From: the human T2T-CHM13v2.0 reference genome, Homo sapiens
NCBI RefSeq assembly: GCF_009914755.1
Contig: NC_060925.1
DNA length: 64,000 nucleotides
Strand: one strand, 5' to 3'
Part shown: positions 1-33,313 of the stretch, in pieces
How positions within the stretch are numbered: the first letter of the stretch is position 1
Layout: every line of letters starts with the position of its first letter
Notes under the pieces: model-generated
Told to the model about the DNA's origin: nothing
The model's database searches: none
What the model saw: only the letters and a program-made list of their open reading frames with translations
Position numbers and translations under genes: made by a program

Positions 1-668
1 TTATGGAGTGCTATATCTTTACCTTTAACCAATTCCTGGTAATATCAGCAACTAATAAAAAGTGAAGAAACTATTAAAATTTAACAAGTTGAGAGAAATC
101 TAACAATGCAGTTTGAAGTTTTCGTAATTTTAAAAACGGATTAGCCAGGTGCAATCACTCACGTCTACAATCCCAGCAGTTTTGGAGGCTGAGGCAGGAG
201 GATTGCTTGAGCCCAGGGGTTCAAGACCAGCTTGGGCAACATAACGAGACCCCATCTTTACAAAATTAAAACAAAAAGAAAGAACTGATTACAACTGTTC
301 ACTGTTCATATAGTAAGGCAAATTAGGTAATATATGAAACCAGATAACAATTTTTACGATTTTGTTACTATTATTAAATAAAACTATAGAATGAGTGGTA
401 ATGTATTGGTTTTAACCAAAGAAAATAAGTTTGTGTTGTTTAGGGAAGAATATACCTTTTTAAAAGAATTTTTCGTGTACCAGGATATATAGAACATGAA
501 TTAGACAGATGCTTGGATATTTGCATTTTTTTCTTATGTTGCACTTCAAGATCTTTCTGAGAAATTCTTCTGTAGGAAAAAATCAGCAAATATTCATAAT
601 AACTCAGCTATAACAAAAACACTGACTTGCTGCATAAAGAAACAGTAGTTGGAACATATGGATCTCCA

Positions 669-3447
669 TTTTATTTATTTATTTTTTTGAGAACATCTGC
701 CCTTTAATTTGCATTTAAAATCAGTTTCTTTAAATACTTTAGTTACAAGTTCTGAATAGTGAAGACAGAGTAGTAGATGCTGCAGGCACTCAGTATTGGC
801 TCCCACCCCTTCCCCCCTCCCCACCCCCAGGCCTCACTTCTTGGCTCAAGATACAAAAAGGCACTCTCTACTGGCCCTAGTGTCAAATGTCAGCAGCCTC
901 AGGCCTGGATGCAGTTGGATACAAAGCCATGAATCCCAGTAGCTCCAAGGAATTCCAATGATTGTGCCCAGATCCACCGGCAACACATCTTAGAAATGAC
1001 CTCATCCATTACACCACTATCTACTAACACCCTCAGGGTGGTTTCCTACCCCAGTCCACGTCCTCCAAATCTGTGTCCTGCAGAGGAAGAGACAAGGCCC
1101 CACTATAACGCAGGAAGGAACAAGAACTGCCTCCTCAGCCCACGGGCTTACAGCAACTTACTTGAAAAGCTCAAGGCAATCTGAGTCTAGAGGAGACCTC
1201 CCTTCCCTAATCTCTACCAGGCTCTGGCCCTTCTTCGGGACTACGCTTGGTTCCACTGCCATGATGTGCTAGAATCTGCTCTAAGTAAGAACAAGGTGCT
1301 AGAATGAGGCCCAGCAACCAGGAAAGGGTTGCTACAGCCCCAGCTGTGTGAGATTGTGCCAAGATGAGTCTTCTTGGTGTGAGCCTATGATGGAGAGCGT
1401 GAGGGCAGACCTGGGCTCTCCTTCTATGATGATTACAACACGTGACCTCAGGGAACCTCTGCTCTCTCCTCCCATTCACACACCCAGATCCCCTGGCCTG
1501 TGCTTCCTGGTAGAGGTAGAAGAGGCATCTTGAAGTCAATGACAATGGAGAATGAAGGTGCCATTGAAGAAGGAAAGCAGCACCTCTTTGCCTGTGTTCA
1601 ATCCCTCCATACAAGTGGAATCGAGAATGTGCACAGCCAGGACAGAGGCTGCTCTGAGCTTGGGAGGCACAGCATCCTCCTAGATGTCTCTGCAGAACAA
1701 ACTTTCAAAAGATAGGAACTTAATCACATGGTCCTCGGGGGTTTCTCTATAGTATACCAGCACTAGGGAGAAGCAAAATCATCTTTGCAGAGAGCTGATG
1801 GAAGAAAGGCAGGAATATGAATGAGCATCCATTAAGGCTCTCTCTCTCAAGCCTAAGGAATTAAGATATTCGAGGGTATGAGACAGGTGCAGAGAGGGAG
1901 AGAGCCAGGCAGGAACACCAAGAAAAAAGCTGTGACTGCTGGTTACATAGTGCTCTGCTTCCTTGCTTGAGGCCAACAGCATGTGCCTGTCACCAGGCTA
2001 ACCTGGGACCCATGAGGGGACAGGGAGAAGACTGGTTTTCAGTTCCTGCATGATCAATTTGTAGGGTGTGTGGGTTCCTCCTAAAGATCAAAGAGGAGGA
2101 CTCTGGGATCCTCTACCGCTGCCTTGATTTTGCGGAGGAAAGTCACAGCCTCTCTGCCATCAATCAGCCGGTGATCATAGGTCAGTGCCACGTACATCAT
2201 GGGCTGCACCTCTACCTTGCCTCCTATAGCCACTGGCTTGTCAAAGATGCCATGCATCCCCAGGATGGCAGACAGGGGGGTTGATAATGGGTGTTCAAAG
2301 AGTGAGCCAAAAACACCTCCATTGCTAATGGTGAAGGTACCACCATCCATATCTTCAATGGCAAATTCATTCTTTCGGGCCTTCTCTCCCAGTTCAGTGA
2401 TGGTCTGTTCAATATCTGCATAATTCATAGCTTCCACATTCCTGATGACTGGAACCACCAGACCCTGTGGGGTGGCCACTGCAACACTGATGTCAATATA
2501 ATCCCTATATACCACCTCTTTGGTTATATCATCAATCACTGCGTTTACAACAGGCTGTTCCTGCAAGGCAAAGGCTGAGGCCTTCACAGATGCCGACATG
2601 AAGCCTAGTTTGAGGTTATGTTTCTTCAAAAAAGCCTCTTTGTGCCGAGCCCTCATCTTCTGGATGTTACTCACATCAATCTCATTAAAAATTGTCAGCA
2701 TTGGCACATGTATTCTGGGCCTCCTTCAGACGCTGAGCAATGCACTGCCGCATCCTGTTCATTTTCTCCTGATGTTCTGAATGCAGACCTTTGCCAGCTC
2801 CTGGCTCAGCTAGTGGTGGGACAGCAGTGGGTTTTACTGCAGACACAGGTTTGCTAGAAGGAGGTTGTGAGGGCGAGGGCACTGGTGGCATCGAGTGGGT
2901 ATGGGTGCTGCATGGGGAGGAACTGCCGCTGCTATAGGTTCTGCTTTTGGGGCTGCAGCAGCAGGAGCTTCAGCCGGCTTGGCCTTAGCAGGAGCAGCAC
3001 CAGTTTTCCTGAGTGTGAAAAGCGGAGTGCCTCCTTCGACTTTTCCCCCATCAGGTACGAAAAGAGCTTCAATCATGCCATTTGCTGGTGATGGAACCTG
3101 CACCAATGTCTTGTCAGTTTCAATCTCACAAACCACTTCATCTTCTGCAACTGTGTCTCCAACAGCTTTCTCCCACCTGACATCTCCCTCTGTGACAGGT
3201 TCTGCAAACGCTGGGGTTTTGACTGTAACCAAGTCATACTTGCATACAGTTGTAGTTCTGAAGAAGCGAACACTGAAGACACTGTTGTTAATGACAACCT
3301 TCCTGCTGTTAGGGTAACCTGGTCCCTGGCATAAGGAGACCCCAGGCAGGGAATGTCTCCCTAGAGGGCAGTTCCCCTTCTGGAAGGCAGAGAGCGAGTG
3401 GCTGAACGCCCGGGACACAGTGGGACCGGGACAGCATCACGGCGGCC
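669..3447 (-). pseudogene. DLSTP1: Processed pseudogene of DLST (2-oxoglutarate dehydrogenase E2), full CDS plus ~1.4 kb 3' UTR and poly(A), antisense within ACADM intron 7
   Basis: Intronless. ATG at 3437 (MLSRS...) is out of frame with ORF 2834-3418 (lipoyl domain VCEIETDKT). Further frameshifts lead into ORFs 2685-2891 and 2081-2707 (catalytic DHRLIDG, stop at 2081). ATTAAA on - at 703-708; poly(A) appears as a T-rich tract at 669-688; degenerate TSD GGATCTCCATTTT (660-672) / GGGTCTCCGTTTT (3448-3460). Confidence 0.96.
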
Positions 3448-3653
3448 GGGTCTCCGTTTTATATTATTCCTTTTCACAGGCAGCTCTATTTGCCCTCCTT
3501 TTCAAGATAGCATGCCCCTTAAAGAATAAAATTAGTTTTGGGAAAGAAAAAGTGCCAGTTTCAACAGGCATAGACTGTCTTGTTGTAATAATAATACTAT
3601 ACCAGGAATTTTTACTTGCAACTCATATTACTAAAAGAAAGTTAAATAGCATA

Positions 3654-4263
3654 CTATAGTCCCTCCTTATCCTTGCAGGATACATTCCAGGACCCCTAAT
3701 GGATGCCTGAAACCTCAGAAATACCAAACCCTGTATATACTATGTTTTTTTCCTACACATATATACTTATTATAAAGTTTAATCTATAAAGTGGGCCCAG
3801 CAAGAGATTAACAACAACTAATAAAATAGAACTATAACAATGTATTGTAATAAGTTATGTAAATGTAGGCCAGGCATGGTGGCTCACACCTGTAATCCCA
3901 GCACTTTAGAAGGCCCACGTGGGAAGATCCCTTGAGTCCAAGAGTTTGAGACCAGCCTGGGAAAGGTAGTGAGACTTCATCCCTACAAAAAATAAACAAA
4001 AAATTAGCTAGGCATGGTGGCACATGCCCATAGTACCAGTGACTCAGAAGAGGTGGAAGGATGGCTTGAGCTGGGGAAGTCGAGACTGCAGTGAGCCAAG
4101 ATCATGCCACTGTACTCCAGCCTGCGCAACAGAGTGAGATCTTGTCTAAAAAAAAAAAGTTATGTAAATGTCCTCTTTGTCTTTCAAAATATCATATATA
4201 CTGTACTGCGGGTAACTGAAACCACAGAAAGTGAAACCCCATGGAATGGGGGAGGGCCTACTG
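3654..4263. mobile_element. Tigger3-like DNA transposon split by an Alu (3868-4158, + strand)
   Basis: Termini tagtccctccttatcc...ggatgcctgaaacc and ...gaaaccacagaaagtgaaacc...ctactg; Alu TSD AAGTTATGTAAATGT. Confidence 0.7.
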
Positions 4264-4400
4264 TGTTATTAAGACATAGACCTCAAATACTAGCTCTTCC
4301 ATATACTAGGTACGTGACTAGGCAAGTTTTTAAACCTGATTATTTATTTCCTCATTTGTAAAATGTAGGTAATAATAATTGGGATTGTTAAGAGAATTAA

Positions 4401-21423
<17,023 letters not shown>

Positions 21424-22015
21424 AAAAATTACTGTAGAAATATTGAATAACTAGAACACAAGCCACTGTTTCAGCTCCAGAAAAAAGAAAGGGCTTTAAC
21501 GTTTTTTCCAGTGAAAACAAATCCTCTTATATTAAATCTAAGCAACTGCTTATTATAGTAGTTTATACTTTTGCTTAACTCTGTTATGTCTCTTAAGCAG
21601 GTTTGGTTTTTATTAAAATGATGTGTTTTCTTTAGTACCACTTTACTTGAATTACATTAACCTAGAAAACTACATAGGTTATTTTGATCTCTTAAGATTA
21701 ATGTAGCAGAAATTTCTTGGAATTTTATTTTTGTAATGACAGAAAAGTGGGCTTAGAAAGTATTCAAGATGTTACAAAATTTACATTTAGAAAATATTGT
21801 AGTATTTGAATACTGTCAACTTGACAGTAACTTTGTAGACTTAATGGTATTATTAAAGTTCTTTTTATTGCAGTTTGGAAAGCATTTGTGAAACTTTCTG
21901 TTTGGCACAGAAACAGTCAAAATTTTGACATTCATATTCTCCTATTTTACAGCTACAAGAACTTTCTTGAAAATCTTATTTAATTCTGAGCCCATATTTC
22001 ACTTACCTTATTTAA

Positions 22016-22264
22016 AATAAATCAATAAAGCTTGCCTTAAATTATTTTTATATGACTGTTGGTCTCTAGGTAGCCTTTGGTCTATTGTACACAATCTCAT
22101 TTCATATGTTTGCATTTTGGCAAAGAACTTAATAAAATTGTTCAGTGCTTATTATCATATCTTTCTGTATTTTTTCCAGGAAATTTCATTACTTCGTGTA
22201 ATAGTGTATATTTCTTGTATTTACTATGATGAAAAAAGGTCGTTTTAATTTTGAATTGAATAAA
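22016..22264 (+). terminator. ACADM: ACADM polyadenylation signal cluster
   Basis: AATAAA at 22016, 22024, 22131 and 22259 in an AT-rich 3' UTR. Confidence 0.75.
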
Positions 22265-22399
22265 GTTACCTGTTCATTTTTTATTAGATATTTTAAAGAC
22301 TTCAGAAAATATAAATATGAAATAATTTAAGAACCCAAATCTCTGAATTTAATATTTCTTTGTAATTCTAAATATCGAATACTGCTAAACTGTGTTATA

Positions 22400-23531
22400 C
22401 TAAATGGAGTGCTTTCTGACATCACATCTCATTCTCTAGTTCTTTGACATCAACTGTGTCCTACATTTTAATTCTGTTCTGACACTATGCAGCAGAGTTA
22501 GGGTCAACCCCATAAGGCTGCCCTCACTTCAGAGGCCAGTCACAAGTCCTGACTCCCCAAGCTACCCATACTCTGTCCAACATGGCTACAAATTCAGGTA
22601 TTCCCATGACCCTGCCCTCAGGGTCGATAATTTGCCAGAATAGCTCACAGAACTCAGGAAAACACTTAACTTACATTTACCTGTTTATATCAGAAAGGGT
22701 ACAACTAGGAACAATTAATGAAGAGGTGCATAGGGAAAGGTATGGAGGGAGAAGGGAGGTGCAGAGCTTCCATGCCTTCTTCCAGCATATTACCTTCCCT
22801 GCATGTCTCTGTATTCCTCAACGTGGAAGCTCCCCAGCTCAAATTCAATAGTTTCCATGGAGCTCAATCTCCAGTCCTCCACTCCTCCCCAGAGGACCAA
22901 GGTGAAAGCTGGAAGCTCCCAACTGTATTAGTCTCCTAGGGCTGTCATAAAAAATACACTGGAGACTTGGTAGCTTAAATAAATTTATTTTCTCACAGTT
23001 CTGGAAGCTAGAATTTCAAGATCAAGGTGCCATTTGGGTTGTTTCTAGTGAGGCCTCTCTTCCTGCCTTATAGACTGCCACCTTCTGTGTCCTTACATGT
23101 CCTCTTCTCTGTGCATCATGAAGGGTTGGGTAAGGGGGAGCTCTTGTGTCTTTTTCTCCTCTTCTAAGGACACTAGCCCTGTGAGATTAGAGTCCTATCC
23201 TCATGACCTTAATTAACTCCCTAAAAGATCCTATCTTCAAGTACAGTCACATTGGGAGTTAAGGCTTCAACATAGGAATTTTGGAGGGACACAACTCAGT
23301 CCATAACATCACCCTCTAATTACTTAGTCCTTCTGGTGACCAGATTCCTCCTGAGATTATCTAGGGGCCCCACCCTAAGTCATCTCATGCCAAATTCAGG
23401 TATGATTGAAAAGGTTTATAAGGAATAACAGAAGATAACTCCAAGAACTCAAGAAATTCCAAGGGTTTTAGGAGCTCTGTGCCAGGAACAAAGACCTGGG
23501 AACAAAGACCAAATAAATTTCTTATACCACA
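22400..23531 (-). mobile_element. MER21-type LTR with a nested MLT1-type MaLR LTR (22924-23307)
   Basis: Ends ...gaccaaataaatttcttataccaca; nested element tgtattagtctcctagggctg...cagtccataaca. Confidence 0.7.
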
Positions 23532-23773
23532 TTAAATTACCAAAATAATCGAATTTCTTACAAATATAAAATATTTAAATGACATTTCCTTCATGCTCAA
23601 TGATGAAATTTTATTTAAATGATACAACTTGAGATTGGTAAGGAGATTTAGAGAATTCTTAATTGGGTATTATGTAGAAATGAGAAGTTAAATAGAATGT
23701 ATATATTTCAAATGCAAATTTGAATTTGCAGTACAGAGGCCCAACCATTTCTAAACATAAAGCTTCTAGACAT

Positions 23774-24410
<637 letters not shown>

Positions 24411-25239
24411 TTATAGAATCCTTGCTAATAAATATTAAGCACTTATGTAATTTTGCATCAGTTAAGCCTTTTTAGTCACAAGTAAATGAATTTAAGCTTC
24501 TTTAAGCAAATATGTATTTTAAGTATGTGGAAATGACTCATAGGTCTGAAAGGGAGGAATGAAGTCAGTCTCAGGAAGGGACTAAAACTAGAATAGTCAG
24601 TCCTCAGGAATCCATGAAATATATATAGTCTTTTGCTAACTCTCTACTTCTGTCATTTTATTCATTGTTGCTCTATAGTCTAACTTTCTCTGCTTCTTTG
24701 ATCCCACAATAGAATCAGACTTCACGGTAGCATATTTATATTTTGGATTGACCACCACATTTATAAGCTTGCTGACTAGGGCCATTACAAGAAGGAGGGT
24801 AGGTACAGTCATGGACTACAAACATGACTATTAGTTGCCCCCATCAGTGAATTGATGGTTCCTAGAGAAAGCACAGTTTTACATGTGATCTAGTAGGTTT
24901 ACCAGAATTTTAATGAATGTTTAAGGAATCTACCAGAGTCATCAATTTGCATAGAGGGAGAAGAATTATTCAGTGACTCCTCTGGATTAAAAAAAAAATG
25001 GTTGTTGATATGGCTTCTAGAATTACAGCCATTAATTTGAATATATTATCAAATAGTACAAAGGGTCTTTGGAGATTAAAGATTAAATTCCACAGGCAAC
25101 AGTGTTTTTTCTTTTCTTAATATGTGAAAGACTGTATTTAACTCATTGGATGAGGGAACTAGTACAAAGTTAAAACTGGTATAAGGGAGAATTTAAAGAG
25201 CAGATAGAGGCAGTAATAAATGCTTAAAAGAATTTGCTA

Positions 25240-25916
<677 letters not shown>

Positions 25917-26883
25917 GTATAGGGCAATAAACCTAATGGGACCATCTTTTCTACAGAGCAGAAATTAGTTGTAGTTAAGGTTCAGTTGCATTACTTTCCT
26001 TTTTTTTTTTTTTTTTTTTTACAATTTAACATCTACATTTACAATTGTATAACAGTCTGTCCAATAAAAAGACAATGGTACATATCCCATCAGATAATAT
26101 GCAGAGGATCCATTAGATAGTACCTAGCACACCACTAAAGGGACGCCCAATAATTTATTGTATCCTTTTTCAAGGCTTTGACAGTGTTTCTTAACAGTCT
26201 CTTACTTTTCATCAAAAGGAATCTGCCACAAGTATTCCTGATCAGTAAAAAGCAAATTTCATTAGGTTTATGTGGATTATTTGCCTAGGTACAGCAAGAG
26301 TGTTCGTTAGTCATGTAGATCTCCTCAAATTTACTTTGCAAATCCAGAACCATACAGTACTGAACAAATTACTAAGGCCACAGGATTAACTTCTGTCTGA
26401 AATTTTTCATCAGAGACCTCAAATCGGACTTTTAAAAGCTTCTATAGCTTGACATCCCAAGGCTGGGGAATCAAATCCAAGAAACTCTCCACTAGATTTC
26501 TCCTGTAGTACCTAAGAGCTTGGGTGAATCTCTCTCCTTAACATCTTCAGAATTTGCTAGGGTTCCTGGCCTGCCGAGCATTGCTCTTCCTTACCACTTA
26601 CAAACATTTAAGCCAGGCACTTTTCCAGTGTTATTGAGACAGCTTTGTAGGTATTGACTCTACATATAAAGTCAACTTGTTTTTAATAACGGGCTTCTCA
26701 TAACTGATTAAATTAGAATTATTTTCAAAAAGGACACTCTAGGTATGGCCCTCATGACCTAATCAGTTATCCTGGTAAAAAGGAGGTCAGATTCCTTTTG
26801 AATACTGCTGTGAAATAAAAGGAAATTCAGCACATTCCTGAATTCTGAGGGCTTAGGATCACATGCCATTTAAAAATGTCAGA

Positions 26884-27180
26884 GCTGGGCCCTGTGGTTT
26901 ATACCTGTAACCCCAGCACTTTGGGAGACTGAGGTGGGAGGATTGCTTAAGCCCAGGAGTTCAAGACTAGCCTGGGCAAGATGGTGAGACCTCATCTCTA
27001 CAAAAAATTAGAAAATTAGCTAGGTGTGGAGATGCACATCTGTGGTCCCAGCTACACAGGGGGCTGAGTCAGGAAGATCCCTTGCGCCTAGGAGGCTGAG
27101 GCTGCAATGATCCATGTTCAAACCACTACACTCCAGCCTGGGTGACAGAGCAAGACCTTGTTGCAAAAAAAAAAAAAAGA
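26884..27180 (+). mobile_element. AluJ
   Basis: Diverged Alu dimer with A tail. Confidence 0.85.
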
Positions 27181-27666
27181 AAATTTCAGTTTACAAAAGC
27201 GGAGTACACTAAATTGGAGTCAATAGCTTATGAAGAATTTTAAAGGGCTTCCTCATATACCATAAAAATAGAACACTACATCAACAATATTCCAATAAAT
27301 AAATAACCATGATTAAACTTCTCTCATCAGTTCATTCAGTCCTGTGTAATTATGCTGCTGGAAATTGGGTTGGTGGACTGCTTTCATGAATCAGTCTGTT
27401 TCCAGAAGAGAGTCCTAGAAATGCAGACTCAGTTCACTGCTATGGCTTGAAAGTTGTCTAAGCTATGTCTGCTCAGAAGCCTGTACCCATGACTCTATTT
27501 TTTGAAGAATTTATCAGTAGTCCAAAGCACCTGGTTCTTTCCATGAGGCTCTAAGACTGCCCTTTCTTGAAAACACAAATTTGGCTTCTAGTTTATAGCA
27601 GAGCCCTTGAGCAAGCATCAGAGTAGCACAGAAACTCTGTGTACATGGCCAAAGCTAAATGGTGTT

Positions 27667-27984
27667 TGATAAGGTTTGGCTCTGTGTCCCCGCCCAAATC
27701 TCATCTTGAATTGTAATCCTGGGGGTGATTTCCCCCATGATAGTCTCATGATAGTGAGTTCCCACAAGATCTGACAGTTTTATAAGGGGCTCTTCCCCCT
27801 TCGCTTTCTTCTCTTTCCTGCCACCATGTGAAGAAGGTCTTGTTTCCCCTTCACCTTCCAACATCATTGAAAGTCTCCTGAGGCCTCCCCAGCCGTGGAA
27901 CTGTGAGTCAATTAAGCCTCTTTCCTTTATAAATTACCCAGTCTCAGGTATTTCTTTATAGCTGTGTGAAAATGGACTAATACA
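27667..27984 (+). mobile_element. THE1/MST MaLR solo LTR
   Basis: TGATAAGGTTTGGCTCTG...GGACTAATACA, 5-bp TSD GTGTT. Confidence 0.88.
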
Positions 27985-28401
27985 GTGTTAATTTATTCAA
28001 TATCAGAAAGAAAGAATACAATTCTTTGTTATAGCATAGCTGCTACATTTCTTTGAAGGGGGATCATTTTTATTTGAATAAATGTAATAGAATATTCAGT
28101 GAAAAGTAATCCTTTCTTAAAGGATTGGGTGGTAGACAGAATTTAAGAAAGGATTACTTTTCACTGAATACTTTTCTGTTAGGCAGCTGCTTTTTGAAAT
28201 TCTGTGCATTCACAGATATATATTTTTTCCTTTGTTTCCCACATAAATAGCATACTATATGGTTTGTTGCTTTCTTTTTATGTCTGTTTTCACTTGGTAT
28301 ATTTTTAAGACCTTTCCATATGTGTAGAGCTTCTTCATTCTCTTTAATAGCTGTATAATGAATATACCATAGTTTATTTAACCTTTTGATGGTCAATTAA
28401 C

Positions 28402-29175
28402 TTTGTTTGTTTGTTTGTTTGTTTGATTTTTGAGATGCAGTCTTGCTCTGTCACCCAGGCTGAAGTGCAGTGGTGTGATCTCGGATCTCAGCTCACTGCA
28501 ACCTCTGCCTCCTGAGTTCACCCTATTCTCCTGTCTCAGCCTCTCGAGTAGCCGGGATTATAAGCATGTACCACCATGCCCAGCTAATTTTTGTATTTTT
28601 TTAGTAGATACGGGGTTTTGCCATGTTGGTCAGACTGGTCTCAAACTCCTGACCTCAGGTGATCTGCCTGCCTCAGCCTCCCAAAGTGCTGGGATTACAG
28701 GCATGAGCCACTGGGCCCGACCAATTAAAATTTTTTAAATCTTTTGCTATTACAAAGACTGCTCCTGTGGTTATTCTTGCACATAAGTCACTTCACAACC
28801 AAGGGGGTATATTCGTAGGATAAATACCTAGGAATAGAATTTTCAAATGTAGTTCAAGAATTGGGCTGGGGGCGGTGGCTCACATTTGTAATTCCAGCAC
28901 TTTGGGAGGCTGAGGCGGGAGGATGGAGGATTGCTTGGACGCAGGAGTTTAAGACCAGCCTGGGCAACACAGGGAGACCCTGCTTCTTAAAAAAAAAAAA
29001 AAAATAGCTGGGCATGTTGAGGCACACCTTTGGTCCCAGCTACTCTGGAGACTGAGCTGAGAGGATGATCTCTTGAGCCCAGGAGGATGAGTCTGCAGTG
29101 AGTCCTGATCCCACTACTGCATTCCAGCCTGGAGAACAGAGTGAGACCCTGTCTCAAAAATAATAATAATAAAAA
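28402..29175. mobile_element. Two Alus: (-) 28402-28722 and (+) 28863-29175
   Basis: Alu consensus blocks. Confidence 0.85.
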
Positions 29176-29832
29176 TTAAAAATGAATTGTTAGAATATAT
29201 ACTTCCTACATATATTTCTATTTTGCTTACCACTGTACCCCCAGAACTTAGAATAATATTGGCGTATTCTAGGCATTCAATACATACTAGTTGAATGAAT
29301 TTATACAGCAGGAAGTTAGGTTTGTTTTTCATTCCTTCGGTAGTTATTAACAATCTGAATAATGTTACTTTTTGGGTCTGATGCTTATATGATTCTTATT
29401 TCAAGCATTGCCTTTCCCAGGATATCAGATCAATCCCTGTCTCCCTCTGTTGTCCCCTCTACCACAACTCTCTCCCATCTGATTTACAGGCACCTTTTCC
29501 ATAGCATACTAAGCTTGCCTTTGTCAGAGAATTTGTCACAGATTATTTACCAACTGTCTTTCCCACTAGGCTCCTTCAGGGCAGATGCATTTCTTAGAGG
29601 GCCAGCTACATAGCACATGCTTAATACTTACTGCTTATGTTTATGTAATGTAAATTCAGACGATTATCACTCTCTGGCTCTTGTCAGAGCAAATGCAAAT
29701 GTTCTCCAGAGAAAAACACCTTCCAATTAGGCCTTAATATGAGCTGACAACCAAAAATCTTCAAAATAAATAAAGAACCAATCAGCATGAAAAAAAGTCA
29801 ACTGAAAATTAAAAGTAACACATTTGGGACCT

Positions 29833-30237
29833 TGATATGGTTTGGATCTTTGTCCCTACCCAAATCTCATGTTCAACTGTAATCCCAGTGTTGGAGGTGG
29901 GGCCTGGTGGGAGGTGATTGGATCATGGGAATGGTTTCTAATGGTTTAACACCATCCCCCCGAACACTGTCCTTGTGATAATGAGTGAGTTTTCGCATGA
30001 GATCTGGTTGTTTAAAATTGTGTGGTGCTTCCACCCCACACCTTTTCCTCCTGCTCTGGCCATGTAAGACTTGCCTGCTTCCCCTTCACCTTCTGCCGTG
30101 ATTGTAAGTTTTCTGAGGCCTCTCCAGCTGTGCTTCCTACATAGCTTGCCAAACCATGAGCCAATTAAACCTATTTTCTTTATCAGTTATCCAGTCTAAG
30201 GTATTTCTTTATATCAATGAGACAACAGACTAACACA
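29833..30237 (+). mobile_element. MST-type MaLR solo LTR
   Basis: TGATATGGTTTGGATC...GACTAACACA, 5-bp TSD GACCT. Confidence 0.88.
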
Positions 30238-30279
30238 GACCTCAAGACTCCAGATATTAGAATGATCAGATAAACAGTA

Positions 30280-30622
30280 CAGTTGGCCATACTCTGTTTC
30301 CGTGGGTTCAGCATCTGTGGATTCAACCAACCTCAGATGAGAAATACTCAGGGGAAAAAAAAATTCCACAAAGTTCCAAAAAGCAAAACTTGAATTTGCC
30401 ACATGCAAGTAGTACCTTGAATCCACACAAATAGAGTGATATGTAGGCATCTTATTAGATATTATAAGTAATCTAGAAATGATTTAAAGTATATGGGAGA
30501 ATGTGCATAAGTTATATGCAAATACTATCCTGTTTTATACAAAGGACTTGAGCATCCTTGGAGTTTGGTATCTGCAGGGGTTCCTGGAACCAGTACCCCC
30601 TGCAGATACCAAGAGAAAACTG
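30280..30622. mobile_element. MER2 (Tigger) DNA transposon
   Basis: cagttggcc...gtggattcaaccaacc...gataccaagagaaaactg, flanked by TA. Confidence 0.75.
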
Positions 30623-31016
30623 TATACAGTAACTCAACGTGAAAGATGTAAAGAAATTCGAAAAATCACACAATGGAAAACAATAGGAATCTATAAAAAC
30701 AAAAAGGTAGATCTGAAAAATAATCAAATGGAATCTGAAATAGTATTTCTCAAGTTTTAACATGCATAGGAATCCTTGGGGAGCTTACCAAAATGCAGAA
30801 TGCGATTTGGTAGGTCTAGGATGTGACTCAGACTCTGCCTTTATAATAGCTCTCAGAGTGATTTTGATGCTGCTAGCCCATGGATTTTAAGTAGGAAAAG
30901 AATACTAGCTTATAGATAGGAATAAATTATCCAGGATGCATCACAGGAAGACAAAAAGGTGAAAAATACAAGAGGTTAAGAAATGAGAAGGATGCAACAA
31001 CAAAGTGTAACATGTC

Positions 31017-32430
<1,414 letters not shown>

Positions 32431-33251
32431 ATCTATCTGTCTATCTATCTATCTCTATATTCTGTCCTCCAGTTTTCATAATTATACCTTGATGACAACC
32501 CAGAATGCCAGGTTCAAATTTAGCCAGCTTGAACTTCTTAGAGTCATGTGCTAGAAAATTACAGATTAGGAAAAGATATCTCTTGGCCTGTTCCTTTCCT
32601 TATACCACTTCAGGGTCTTGCATCACAGTGCATTTTGTACCTATGCTTGTGGACATCCTAACCTAGACATCCAAGCTCCCTTCATACCCTGCTTACATCA
32701 ATGCCTGGGCAACTCCTTGGGACATGTGGTGCACATACCAGCAAATGATCTGCCCTTTAAGGGAAGGACCCAGGGAAGATACCCAAGTCGAATTTGGAAG
32801 GGGTGTATGGGGCCATTTGGGTAGAAAAAGGCAGGGAGGGTGACCTGAAATACCATCTAATGGTGGCGAGGCTGATTCTGGGTGGGCATGTCCACTTGAT
32901 TCCAGGGACTCCTTGCTGCATGTAAAGGTATGTGGCTATAGGAGGACCAGAGCAGGACCTGCCCTCTAAACATGGGCCACCAATCCACCTTACCTGTGTC
33001 TAGGAATGGTATTGTAATAGATCATGCTAGAAAATTTTTAGGAGTGATACATTCTCAAATACAGGAAGTTCATCAAATACCAGGTAAAAGAAGTAAAAGT
33101 AAATCCACAATTAGAGGCATCTTCATGAAACTGCACAAAACAGAAGACCAAGGAAAGATCTTAAAAGCAGCAAAAGAGAATTACCCACAAAGTAACAATT
33201 AGATTGACAAATTGACAGATATCTTCTCTTTTTCCTTTTTATGTGTGTCTT

Positions 33252-33256
33252 AAAAA

Positions 33257-33309
<53 letters not shown>
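33252..33309. repeat. A-run followed by (TA)n microsatellite
   Basis: aaaaaaaaaaaaaatatatata... Confidence 0.95.

Positions 33310-33312
<3 letters not shown>

Positions 33313-33313
<1 letters not shown>

Noticed and set aside
2199-3317. Plus-strand ORFs (74-140 aa) in ACADM intron 7
   Set aside because: Shadow frames opposite the DLST pseudogene coding sequence.
26020-27650. Possible decayed ERV1 internal sequence
   Set aside because: Composition is suggestive but no ORF or family could be assigned by eye.
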